From contig JAYUVP010000098.1 in the NCBI GenBank assembly GCA_043753995.1, positions 52,708 through 116,707 on the forward strand: a DNA stretch of 64,000 nt, given 5' to 3'. The position numbers were made by a program, and so were the translations under genes. The notes under the pieces are model-generated. The model saw only the letters and a program-made list of their open reading frames with translations. It did no database searches and had not been told where the DNA came from. Positions 17,081 to 25,800 of the stretch are shown here, piece by piece (position 1 is the first letter of the stretch; each line of letters begins with the position of its first letter). Origin of the DNA: Fibrobacterota bacterium. GTDB lineage: Bacteria; Fibrobacterota; Fibrobacteria; UBA11236.

Positions 17081-18618
17081 ACAGCCATCCAGAAATCAAT
17101 CCAAAAGCAACCGGAAACCAAAACAGGAGAATGAAAATGCTTCAGCCATCCTATAGCAGGATACTCGCGGCTAGCACGCTCTTAGGCGGACTGGCGGCCC
17201 AAAACATCTTGGCCATCGATGCCGGACTTTATTATCAACAGCAATTGCATGCCTATAGCCGTACGCTCTTCGGAATCAATGGCCCACTGCCGGCCAGCGC
17301 TCCCATTGTCGCGCAGCCTTATCGCTTGCCAGTGCAGAGTGCATCCGATCAAGTCGCCTTGGCGCCAGGTCTCAATGCGGCTTATCTCACCCGCAAAGTG
17401 GCCAATGCCGCGGACATGTTTGCCTTTTGGCCCGACGCGGCCAATCCGACCCATGTCTTTTTCTGCATTGAAGGGGGGCGAGAAGTCATTGGAACATTCT
17501 CGACTAGCCAGACCAAGTACAATCCCTCGGTGCAGCGCATCGACAGGAATGGAAATGTGGAAACCTTACTTCGGGGCATGTCCGGCTGCGACGGCATTCG
17601 GCTCACTCCTTGGGGCACACTCTTGGCGACGGAAGAAGAGGATGATGGCGGAGCTTATGAGATTCTCAATCCCATGACCATCACCAATTTCACGGTTCAA
17701 GATCGCGCCACGGGAAATATCGTCGACACCAATGGACTGCCGCAATCCACTCGTATCGCCAAACGCACGGCACTCCCGGTCATGGCCTGGGAAGGCCTTA
17801 CCGTGCAGCCCTCGGGCGTAATCATCGGTGGTGATGAATTGCGGCCCGGTACCGGTGCGCCGGATGCCGATGGCGGCTCCCTGTTCAAGTTCGTCCCCAC
17901 GAATCCCGCCGTCGGATTGACGTCCATATCCCAATTGTCCGAATCGCCGCTGGTCGCTGGCACCGTGCATGCCTTGCAAGTTTCTTGCGTGGGAGGCACC
18001 CAGCAATTTGGTCAAGGTTGTGAAGTCGGTAATGCTTCCTGGATCCCTGTTTCGGCCGCTAGAGCGCGGGCGTATGCCGACTCCCTGGGCGCGACCGGTT
18101 ATTATCGCCCCGAGGATTTAGAGCAAGACCCTGTCTTTGTGGATACGGCCAATCCCCAGGCTATACGTTTTTGCTGGACCAATACCCAGAACGAAGGCGC
18201 GCAAAGCTACGGAGAAGTTCTTTGCGCGGTGGACCGAAATCCTTTGACAGCTTCCGCGACCCAAAGGACGGTCACGGTTTCGCGTTTCCTCGAAGGCGAC
18301 AAGGACTTCAACTCCCTCGACAATATTGCCTTTCAACCCATAACCGGAATACTCTATGTGATCGAGGATCATGACAATGGAGATATTTTCGCTTGCTTGC
18401 CAGATGGTGCCGATCGCGATCTCCAAACGGATGGCTGTATGAAGGTGCTCTCGGTCAAGGACACCAAGGCGGAACCCACGGGTTTTGGCTTTACCGCCGA
18501 TGGCCGCAGCGCTGTGCTTTCGATTCAGCATAGCAATGACGGTAGCATGCCCTCCCAGGATGGGTATCCGACGGATGACATCCTCTTCATTTCGGGTTTT
18601 CAAATACCGGTTAAGTAA
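17077..18618 (+). CDS. Secreted PhoX-like (DUF839) phosphatase; true start possibly 17137
   Basis: Colinear and highly similar to the last ~465 aa of the upstream gene, with its own signal peptide. AGGAGA lies 6 nt before ATG 17137. Confidence 0.8.
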   Translation: MNSHPEINPKATGNQNRRMKMLQPSYSRILAASTLLGGLAAQNILAIDAGLYYQQQLHAYSRTLFGINGPLPASAPIVAQPYRLPVQSASDQVALAPGLNAAYLTRKVANAADMFAFWPDAANPTHVFFCIEGGREVIGTFSTSQTKYNPSVQRIDRNGNVETLLRGMSGCDGIRLTPWGTLLATEEEDDGGAYEILNPMTITNFTVQDRATGNIVDTNGLPQSTRIAKRTALPVMAWEGLTVQPSGVIIGGDELRPGTGAPDADGGSLFKFVPTNPAVGLTSISQLSESPLVAGTVHALQVSCVGGTQQFGQGCEVGNASWIPVSAARARAYADSLGATGYYRPEDLEQDPVFVDTANPQAIRFCWTNTQNEGAQSYGEVLCAVDRNPLTASATQRTVTVSRFLEGDKDFNSLDNIAFQPITGILYVIEDHDNGDIFACLPDGADRDLQTDGCMKVLSVKDTKAEPTGFGFTADGRSAVLSIQHSNDGSMPSQDGYPTDDILFISGFQIPVK

Positions 18619-18639
18619 TTCGGATAATACCGGCCCTCG

Positions 18640-18666
18640 GCCTCGCGCTTCGGCGCGGGGCTTTTT
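18640..18666 (+). terminator. Intrinsic terminator
   Basis: gcctcgcgc-ttcg-gcgcggggc-ttttt. Confidence 0.85.
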
Positions 18667-18762
18667 CATTTCAGGTGAATTAGGTGGGGGAAAAACGGAG
18701 GGGTTTGCGGTGGCAGGCCCGAAAATATTTATGTCTATGCCGGATTTTCAAACGAGGAAGCC

Positions 18763-19845
18763 ATGTGGCGAGCCATAATGAATTTGATACATGCCATTCT
18801 GTCCATTTTCCAAAAGGCGGAGAGAATCTCGCCATGGTCTTTGGAAGTGCTTGGGGATTTGCCCGCCGACTTGGATTTGGATGCAGTCATGCAAGGCGGT
18901 GGATTATCAAGTGACGGCGCGGCGGCTTGGGTGGAAAAAAGCGCGAATAAGCCCGGCGTGATTGTTCGCCGCCTGCCAGGGCAAATGCCAGATCGATTGA
19001 GCATGTATCAATTGAGCGGAGCCCAAGTTGATTTGCGAATCGGTAATATGAATGATGCGCATTCCGTGGCGGGGATGGCCATTAGCAACCCGCCAGGATC
19101 GACTTGGGGTGTTTTGATTCACGAACAGGGGGGTCAGGTTTGGCTCAGGCCCTCCTATGACGACGTGACCTATTCCGCGAGTGGCATTGACAATCAAGGT
19201 TTTATCGTGGGAAATGGTATCGGAGCCGTGACTTGGGAAAACGGTATCGCCGAATCCATCAGCATCGATGGAGTTGCCGTATACAGTTTGCTTGCGGCTT
19301 CCGTGAGCCCTACCGGGCAACACGTGGCCGGTGCCTATGTGGGCATCGAGGATAGGCTTCGTTTATTTCCCTGGTATCGTTCCGGGAGCGGCGTTCATCG
19401 ACTGAAGTATGTCGAGTTCGAGCAGCCTGGAACCGCCCACGATATTAATGCCGACGAAATCAGTTGCGGAGAAAATATTGATTCCGCGACAAATTTAAAA
19501 ATTGCGTGGCGATTCAAGCCCGCCGATGGGAAGACAGATTGGCTCAATGGGCTTGACCCTAGCGATCATGTCTGCGCCTTATCCCTGAATGCACCGGGAT
19601 CGACAGTGGGATATTCGGGCAATAGGGCGGTGTTTTGGCCTGCTTATTCGGCTCGAAATCCCATACCCCCTATCGACCTGACAGCTCAATTCGGTGATGC
19701 GAACTTGGTGCTGGCACGGGCGCTGCGTATCAACGATCGAGGCGACATCCTTTGTTTCGGATGGCGCGTCGGGACAGGAGGCGCCAAGGATTACAAAATG
19801 TTTTTGGTGCACTCTGCCACCAGGCGCATTCCTCAATTTGATTGA
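18763..19845 (+). CDS. Hypothetical protein with HAF-like extracellular repeats
   Basis: Recurring ASGIDNQGFIVG / AHDINADEISCG / ALRINDRGDILC motifs. Confidence 0.6.
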   Translation: MWRAIMNLIHAILSIFQKAERISPWSLEVLGDLPADLDLDAVMQGGGLSSDGAAAWVEKSANKPGVIVRRLPGQMPDRLSMYQLSGAQVDLRIGNMNDAHSVAGMAISNPPGSTWGVLIHEQGGQVWLRPSYDDVTYSASGIDNQGFIVGNGIGAVTWENGIAESISIDGVAVYSLLAASVSPTGQHVAGAYVGIEDRLRLFPWYRSGSGVHRLKYVEFEQPGTAHDINADEISCGENIDSATNLKIAWRFKPADGKTDWLNGLDPSDHVCALSLNAPGSTVGYSGNRAVFWPAYSARNPIPPIDLTAQFGDANLVLARALRINDRGDILCFGWRVGTGGAKDYKMFLVHSATRRIPQFD

Positions 19846-20402
19846 GCAGGTTGCAAGGTTTTCACGAGCCGCGAGGTTTCATAGCCCTGGGTTTGGAGAC
19901 GCGCAACCAAGCCTTGATAGGTCTCATCGGCCAAAGCCGACTTGCGCGCAAGAATCCAGAGGTAGTCTCGATTGGGGTGGCCGACGACGGCATACGAATA
20001 ATCGTCCGCGAGCTGAATCACCCAGTATTCCCCCCAAAAGGGCCGGAAAAAGCTCACCTCCAATTTCGCATTTGTAACGGTGTCCACGACGCGAGCGCGA
20101 CCTAGCGCCGACTTTTCTTTTCCGTTCAAAGAATCTAAGCGGCAACGATTGAGTACATCGATATCGCCATCCTTGCGAAGCGTGTAGTTCGCCGTAGTGG
20201 CGGCGCAGCCTTTCTGAAAGCTCTGCGGAAAATGGGCGATCTCATACCAGGTCCCGAGATAACGGGAAAGCTCAACCTTTGGGACCGTTTCGAGTGGAGG
20301 CAAGCCCAGCCTTTTAGTCGTGCTTTTCGAACATCCGGTGAATAGTATGAGAGTGGCAAACAGGCAGGCAGAAAGCTTAATGGATTGGGATAAAACTCTC
20401 AT
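19833..20402 (-). CDS. blc: Outer-membrane lipocalin lipoprotein
   Basis: Lipobox FTGC; RYLGTWYEIA; KLEVSFF; YLWILAR. Confidence 0.93.
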   Translation of the reverse strand: MRVLSQSIKLSACLFATLILFTGCSKSTTKRLGLPPLETVPKVELSRYLGTWYEIAHFPQSFQKGCAATTANYTLRKDGDIDVLNRCRLDSLNGKEKSALGRARVVDTVTNAKLEVSFFRPFWGEYWVIQLADDYSYAVVGHPNRDYLWILARKSALADETYQGLVARLQTQGYETSRLVKTLQPAQSN

Positions 20403-20635
20403 TTGAGCTTCCTCATTTTTCTAACCCGAGGGTTTGCTTTAGTGCATATCAAAACCTAGTTCGACCCGTGTATATGCCGTTATAGGCACTATCCCACCTG
20501 CTCCGGACAAAGCGAAAGCATTTAAGGGTAGGGGACTAGAGTAATGGGTTACTGTGCGTATTTGGCAATGGATTTGCCAATGCTACATGCGCTTCAGCGC
20601 CTGGACCGGGGGCGCTCTTTCAACAGGAGTTCAGG

Positions 20636-21949
20636 ATGAGAGATGTGATCCTTCATGCATTCAATTGGCGCTACGCCGACATCGCCGCCAAGGCCGAAGC
20701 TATCGCCGCTGCCGGCTACGGTGCCGTGCTATTCCCACCGCCGCTTTGGTCGGACGAGAATGGGGATGTTTGGTGGCAGGTCTATCAGCCCAAGGACTAC
20801 CGCATCCTCCGATCTCATCTGGGTAGAAAAGCCGAACTCGTGGAGGCGGTGGAAAAACTCAAGGCCGCGGGCGTTCGCGCCATCGCCGATATCGTCTTCA
20901 ATCACATGGCCAAAGAGGATCGCGAGGATCGTTTCGACTTTCCCGGTAAGGAAGCCTTGGCACGCTACGCCTCCGACCCGACCTTTCAGGAGGACAAGCT
21001 GTATGGCGACCTTACCAAGGGCCTGTTCTCCGACCACGATTTCCACCCCGAGAAGAGCATTGAGGATTGGATGGATACTCAGCAAGTGGTCGATGCCGAG
21101 CTTGCAGGGTTACCGGACCTCACCCTTTCCATCGCCGTGGTGAGGGAGCAGGTCGAATGTCTTTCGGAACTTGTAAAGATCGGATTCGACGGTTTCCGTG
21201 GCGACGCGGTGAAGCATATGCCGCGCGAGCATGTGGCGGGCGTCTTCCATTCCCAACCCACCGAAGGACGTTTGGTATTTGGCGAAACCCTCACCTTTAG
21301 CCAAGAGGAAAACGTCGAATTCCTCTGGCCCGATGTGAATGCCACCCGTCTATCCTTCTACGATTTTCCGCTCCAACAAACCTTGAAGCGCGCCTTGGAC
21401 CTAAGCGGTTCCCTGCGAGACTTGGCCCAGCCAGAGGTGATGGGCAATGCTCTTCCGTCGTCGCGGGCGATCACGTTCACGGTGACTCACGATGTCGCTA
21501 ACAACGAAGGATTCCGTGGAATGATTTTGGATGTCCAGGACGACTACCTCGCGAGGGGCTATATCCTTGGCCGGGACGGTGGTGTGCCCTTGATCTTTTC
21601 CGACCATGCGGAGAGCGCCGCCGACCATCCCGAAGACAAAGGCCGATGGGAAGAGTGCTGGAATCGCCCTGATATCGCTGCGATGGTGAAATTCCACAAT
21701 GCCGTCCAGGGGTTGCCTCAGCGCAGTCTGTGGGAAGCCGACGAATCCTTGGTTTTCGCGCGCGGCGACTGCGGCATGGTGGCCATCAACAAAAGCGAAG
21801 AATGGGTCACGCTCGAAATCTGGACCTTTGGGTTACAGTGGGGAGACTACCGCTGCCAAATCCATCAGCACCTCATGGAAGTCCAGGGCGAGACATTACG
21901 ATTCGCCATCCCCCCTCGAGAAATACAGATGTGGCTTAAAGAGGGGTAA
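20636..21949 (+). CDS. GH13 alpha-amylase family protein (no signal peptide)
   Basis: VILHAFNW, YQPKDY, DIVFNH, GFRGDAVKH, FGETL, VTHD catalytic regions. AGGAG RBS. Confidence 0.93.
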   Translation: MRDVILHAFNWRYADIAAKAEAIAAAGYGAVLFPPPLWSDENGDVWWQVYQPKDYRILRSHLGRKAELVEAVEKLKAAGVRAIADIVFNHMAKEDREDRFDFPGKEALARYASDPTFQEDKLYGDLTKGLFSDHDFHPEKSIEDWMDTQQVVDAELAGLPDLTLSIAVVREQVECLSELVKIGFDGFRGDAVKHMPREHVAGVFHSQPTEGRLVFGETLTFSQEENVEFLWPDVNATRLSFYDFPLQQTLKRALDLSGSLRDLAQPEVMGNALPSSRAITFTVTHDVANNEGFRGMILDVQDDYLARGYILGRDGGVPLIFSDHAESAADHPEDKGRWEECWNRPDIAAMVKFHNAVQGLPQRSLWEADESLVFARGDCGMVAINKSEEWVTLEIWTFGLQWGDYRCQIHQHLMEVQGETLRFAIPPREIQMWLKEG

Positions 21950-22081
21950 CCTCCTTGTTTCATCCCGGGAGCAAAGCCATCCGATCAGTAAACCTTAATG
22001 AATCCACCATCATTTAGTAGGCCATCAAACCCGGATGTTCTAAATTAGTAGTCCACACCAACATTTTAACCTGAAAACAGC

Positions 22082-22711
22082 ATGGAAAAGATTGATCAAA
22101 TATTCGCCAACAACCGGAAATGGGTCGCCGATAAACTTTCCATAAGCCCAACTTATTTCGAGGATTTAGGCAAAGGACAATCGCCCGAATTTTTATACAT
22201 CGGCTGTAGCGACAGCCGGGTTACCGCGGAAGAATTGATGGGCGTGCAGCCGGGTGAAGTGTTCATTCATCGCAATATCGCCAATATGGTCATCAGTATT
22301 GATTTGAATGCAATGAGCGTATTGAATTACGCTGTTCGGCATTTGAAAGTCAACCACATCATCGTTTGCGGCCACTATGCCTGTGGCGGAGTGAAAGCCG
22401 CGATGCAAAGCGCCGATCTCGGGATATTGAATCCCTGGTTGAGAAATATCCGCGACGTGTACCGGCTGCATAAGGAAGAATTGAACGCCATTGCCGACAA
22501 TGAAAAAAGATACGACAGGCTGATAGAATTGAATGTGCAGGAGCAATGCATCAACCTGATAAAGACAGCGGCGGTGCAGCAGGCCTATAAGGACCGGGGT
22601 TTGATGGTTCATGGGTGGGTTTTTGATGTCCATACGGGGAAATTGATTGATTTGAAAATCGACTTCCCGAAAATTTTGAAGGAGATCATGGAGATTTATA
22701 AACTGCTTTGA
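22082..22711 (+). CDS. can: Beta-class carbonic anhydrase
   Basis: IGCSDSRV, HRNIAN, CGHYACGG zinc motifs. Confidence 0.96.
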   Translation: MEKIDQIFANNRKWVADKLSISPTYFEDLGKGQSPEFLYIGCSDSRVTAEELMGVQPGEVFIHRNIANMVISIDLNAMSVLNYAVRHLKVNHIIVCGHYACGGVKAAMQSADLGILNPWLRNIRDVYRLHKEELNAIADNEKRYDRLIELNVQEQCINLIKTAAVQQAYKDRGLMVHGWVFDVHTGKLIDLKIDFPKILKEIMEIYKLL

Positions 22712-22717
22712 AGGTGA

Positions 22718-24427
22718 ATGGGATATTCAATGAGCGCTGCCAACCACGAAAGCCTATCGCCCACACCTGCGCCCCAAAGCGTTCATGCCACATTGAGGCA
22801 AGCTGGCCACCCATTAGCAGCGCATGTCACTCGCGATTTCAGGAAGATTGACGTCGGTTTTTCTTCCACTGGTTCGGGGCATGGATTGAGCGCCATTACC
22901 CTTGGAACACCAGGGTCTCCCGCCGAAAGGGAAGCGCAAACCCTTTCCGAAAACTTGCTTGCAGGCAGGGACTTGCCTGCTCCGATGCGTTTCGATTTGA
23001 GCAGCGTTCGTATTCATGCGGATAAGGCCGCTGCGGAATCCGCACGCCAAATCGGCGCTAGTGCTTATACCGTGGGTTCTCATATCGTTTTCGGTGAAGG
23101 CCAGTATCGTCCCGAGACGGCGCAAGGCCGTCATGTTCTGGCTCATGAATTGATGCATGTCGGCCAAAGTCGATACGAAAGGTCGCCCACTTTGCATCGC
23201 TACGAAGCGCCGGAGCATCAGGATTTCGGCGATCGGGGCCTCGCCGATCTCGCTGAATTTTTGCAAACCGACGAAGGGGAAGTTTTCGCGGACCAATTAT
23301 CGCAGCCCGCAAGCCTGAAAGGCATATCCGGCGATCCTTTTCTAATGGGCAAAGTCTTCATGGTAAATGGCGTTCGCCTAACGGTCGGCGACATCATCGC
23401 CATGGCCGGTGATTTTTATCCCGACCCGACCCATTTGTTGAATGCCGATCCCGCGGAGCTCACCGAAATTCGCGACGCCATTCAGGAGGAGCGAGATGGC
23501 AAGCTCAAAGGCGGCAAGGCCAATGAACGCTATCAAGCCATTACCCAGAAATATATTGGCCTTGGCAAACGTGACGCGAAGGAATCCTTCATCGGTTTGG
23601 CCAAGGTCAATGCGCCGCATTTCACCCCAACCAATCGTGCGGCTTGGAAAGAATTGCATAAGCAGGCGCTGAAAGAAGCGCGCCTAGCCGTGAAGGACGC
23701 GGCCAAGCTGGACGCGGCATTGCTAAGAGACGCCTTCGGCGGGCACTTCCTCACGGATGCTTTCGCTTCGGGGCATTTATTCGACAAGCAAAAACTGGAA
23801 GCGGCCATACAGTTTTGGCAAAGCACCAATACCGCCAAGCCTTCCAATCCCGAAATGTCGGTTTATTACGGCATTATCGGGGGAAATATGGGCCAACTGA
23901 TACTGAAAAACATTCATGACAGGTTGAATACGGAAGGCGTGGAAGTTTCCAATAAACGGGGATTGAAGTGGAAAACTTATGGCGATGATCATTTGAAAGA
24001 CGGGCCTGACTCCCTAAGAATCGGGGCCTTGGCCGTATATGAATCGCGTCAGCAAATCCTCGCCGCCAATCGAGGCGGGCCTACCGAGTCGGATAGTTTG
24101 GACGAGGATCATTCCAATGAAGTCTTGGACTTACTGCCTGACGATGCCAGCGTCGATATGGCGACAAAGAAAGCCATCAGTTATATCCCCTCTGCAGCTG
24201 CGGGAGTCACTTCGCTCATTTACCGCCAAAGAGGAGCCGGCGCTTTGGCTCTCAAGGAACAGTTGGGTATTGCTGGTTCCATCCTGGCGCCCATCATCAA
24301 ATCGAATATCGCCACCATCGCCGATCCGGGGCGGGAAAAACAGCTTCTCGATCTCGAACGGAGAAGCCAACAAATGAATTCGGGAAAGCTCCTGGCTCCG
24401 CAATTCACGATATTCGATTTTCCGTAA
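22718..24427 (+). CDS. DUF4157 (eCIS core) domain protein with putative Zn-phospholipase C-like C-terminal domain
   Basis: DLSSVRIH..AYTVGSHIVF..VLAHELMHVGQ, then EHQDFGD, LTVGDIIAMAGDFY, HFLTDAFASGH, IHDRLN. Confidence 0.8.
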   Translation: MGYSMSAANHESLSPTPAPQSVHATLRQAGHPLAAHVTRDFRKIDVGFSSTGSGHGLSAITLGTPGSPAEREAQTLSENLLAGRDLPAPMRFDLSSVRIHADKAAAESARQIGASAYTVGSHIVFGEGQYRPETAQGRHVLAHELMHVGQSRYERSPTLHRYEAPEHQDFGDRGLADLAEFLQTDEGEVFADQLSQPASLKGISGDPFLMGKVFMVNGVRLTVGDIIAMAGDFYPDPTHLLNADPAELTEIRDAIQEERDGKLKGGKANERYQAITQKYIGLGKRDAKESFIGLAKVNAPHFTPTNRAAWKELHKQALKEARLAVKDAAKLDAALLRDAFGGHFLTDAFASGHLFDKQKLEAAIQFWQSTNTAKPSNPEMSVYYGIIGGNMGQLILKNIHDRLNTEGVEVSNKRGLKWKTYGDDHLKDGPDSLRIGALAVYESRQQILAANRGGPTESDSLDEDHSNEVLDLLPDDASVDMATKKAISYIPSAAAGVTSLIYRQRGAGALALKEQLGIAGSILAPIIKSNIATIADPGREKQLLDLERRSQQMNSGKLLAPQFTIFDFP

Positions 24428-24551
24428 AAGGTTGGGCCGGACTAAACAAGCAATTCAAGGGTACGGATTGGACATCCTTGTCCATACCCAAGGGAAAGTC
24501 CGACGAATATACCCGCGGGAGCTATACCAAGGCCTAACCCGCCCAGCTTAT

Positions 24552-25328
24552 TCACTGTGGCCACAGGTTGATGCCTAAGCGCACAATCAAGGCCGTGACC
24601 ACGGCCAAAAATGCCCAGCGTATCCACGCATTGCCCGCCGAGATGGCGACACGGCTGCCCAACATGCCGCCTACGAAATTGCAGGCGGCCATGGGAAGGG
24701 CTAAAGACCATACTACCGAGCCCGCCGGCAAAAACCAGAGCAAGGCCCCGAGATTGGATCCGCCATTAATGAATTTCGCCAGTGCCGAGGCTTGCAGGAA
24801 ATCGCGGCCGAATCCCAGGATCAAAATCAAAACCAAAACGCTGCCTGTGCCCGGTCCGAAAAAGCCATCGTAAAAGCCCAGTACCATGCCTGTTACGATG
24901 AGCCAAATGGCATGATGGCGCACGAGAAAGCCGGGTCGGACTTGATGCCCTAGGTTCGGCTTCAGGGCCGTGTAAACCGCCATGATCACCAACAAAAGCA
25001 GAATGGCCGGGCGCAAGACTTGTGGATTGAGATGGGAAACCGCACGCGCGCCGAACCAAGCCGCGATCAGGGCCGCCAAGACGCAGGGAAATAATTCACC
25101 AAGGTTCAAGGTTAGACGGCGCGCATAGGTGATGGCGGCTCCCGTGGTGCCGAATATCGAAGCACCCTTGGTGGTGGCCAAAACACCGGCCACGGGCATT
25201 TCGGGAAAAAGCAAGAGCAGGGCCGGGGTGGTGATGAGCCCGCCGCCCCCGACGATGGCGTCAATAAAACCGGCGGCCAGCGAGGCCAGGGCGGCGGCGA
25301 TTAAGGAGGTAAGCGGAATTTCAAGCAA
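24552..25328 (-). CDS. TSUP / TauE-SafE family transporter
   Basis: AGFIDAIVGGGGLI, GFYDGFFGPGTG, about 8 TM helices. Start uncertain (TTG). Confidence 0.92.
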   Translation of the reverse strand: MLEIPLTSLIAAALASLAAGFIDAIVGGGGLITTPALLLLFPEMPVAGVLATTKGASIFGTTGAAITYARRLTLNLGELFPCVLAALIAAWFGARAVSHLNPQVLRPAILLLLVIMAVYTALKPNLGHQVRPGFLVRHHAIWLIVTGMVLGFYDGFFGPGTGSVLVLILILGFGRDFLQASALAKFINGGSNLGALLWFLPAGSVVWSLALPMAACNFVGGMLGSRVAISAGNAWIRWAFLAVVTALIVRLGINLWPQ

Positions 25329-25426
25329 GGCTTAAACAGTAGGAATGCCTAGTGGCGGCCATTCGCTTGAATTGAGGCGAAAAGTACACCGGCTTTCCCG
25401 TGAACATGGATTTTTGGCCAAATACC

Positions 25427-25560
25427 CTATTTAACTAATAGAACTTGTTTGACCACAATTTTGGAGGATATTGCAGTATTTTGCTGACATTAAAAGAATT
25501 TTAGGATTATCTCTTGACAGTCGCCATGGTCTAGGCTTACATTCTCTACATAAACGATAG
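25427..25560 (+). promoter_or_regulatory. Sigma70-type promoter of the sulfate uptake operon with two CTAY-N7-ATAG boxes
   Basis: TTGACA 25514-19, 18 nt spacer, TACATT 25538-43. Boxes at 25427-41 and 25546-60. Confidence 0.55.
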
Positions 25561-25627
25561 ACTAATAGTTTTTGGATTCGTCCCCACACCCTACCTGTCT
25601 GCCGAAGGCAAGAAACTGAGGCCCACC

Positions 25628-25789
25628 ATGTCGGAACGACAGCACGAGAATAGCTCGCCGGAATGGCAGCAGGCCCTGCAAGTGGCCCTGCGAGACTTGC
25701 GTTTTGGCTCGGTGGAAATCACCGTGCATGAAGGTAAGGTCACGCAAATCGAGCGCCACGAAAAAATTCGTCTCAACCACAACGCCTGA
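25628..25789 (+). CDS. YezD/DUF2292 (OscA-like) small protein, 53 aa, absent from the ORF track
   Basis: MSERQHENSSPEWQQALQVALRDLRFGSVEITVHEGKVTQIERHEKIRLNHNA with the FGSVEITVHEGKVTQIE signature. GAGG RBS. Confidence 0.9.
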   Translation: MSERQHENSSPEWQQALQVALRDLRFGSVEITVHEGKVTQIERHEKIRLNHNA

Positions 25790-25800
25790 TGGAGTTTTTC

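Noticed and set aside
24428..24551. Structured RNA between convergent genes (gggta..tggaca/tgtcca..taccc)
   Set aside because: A single imperfect hairpin with no second copy and no recognisable riboswitch or ribozyme core.
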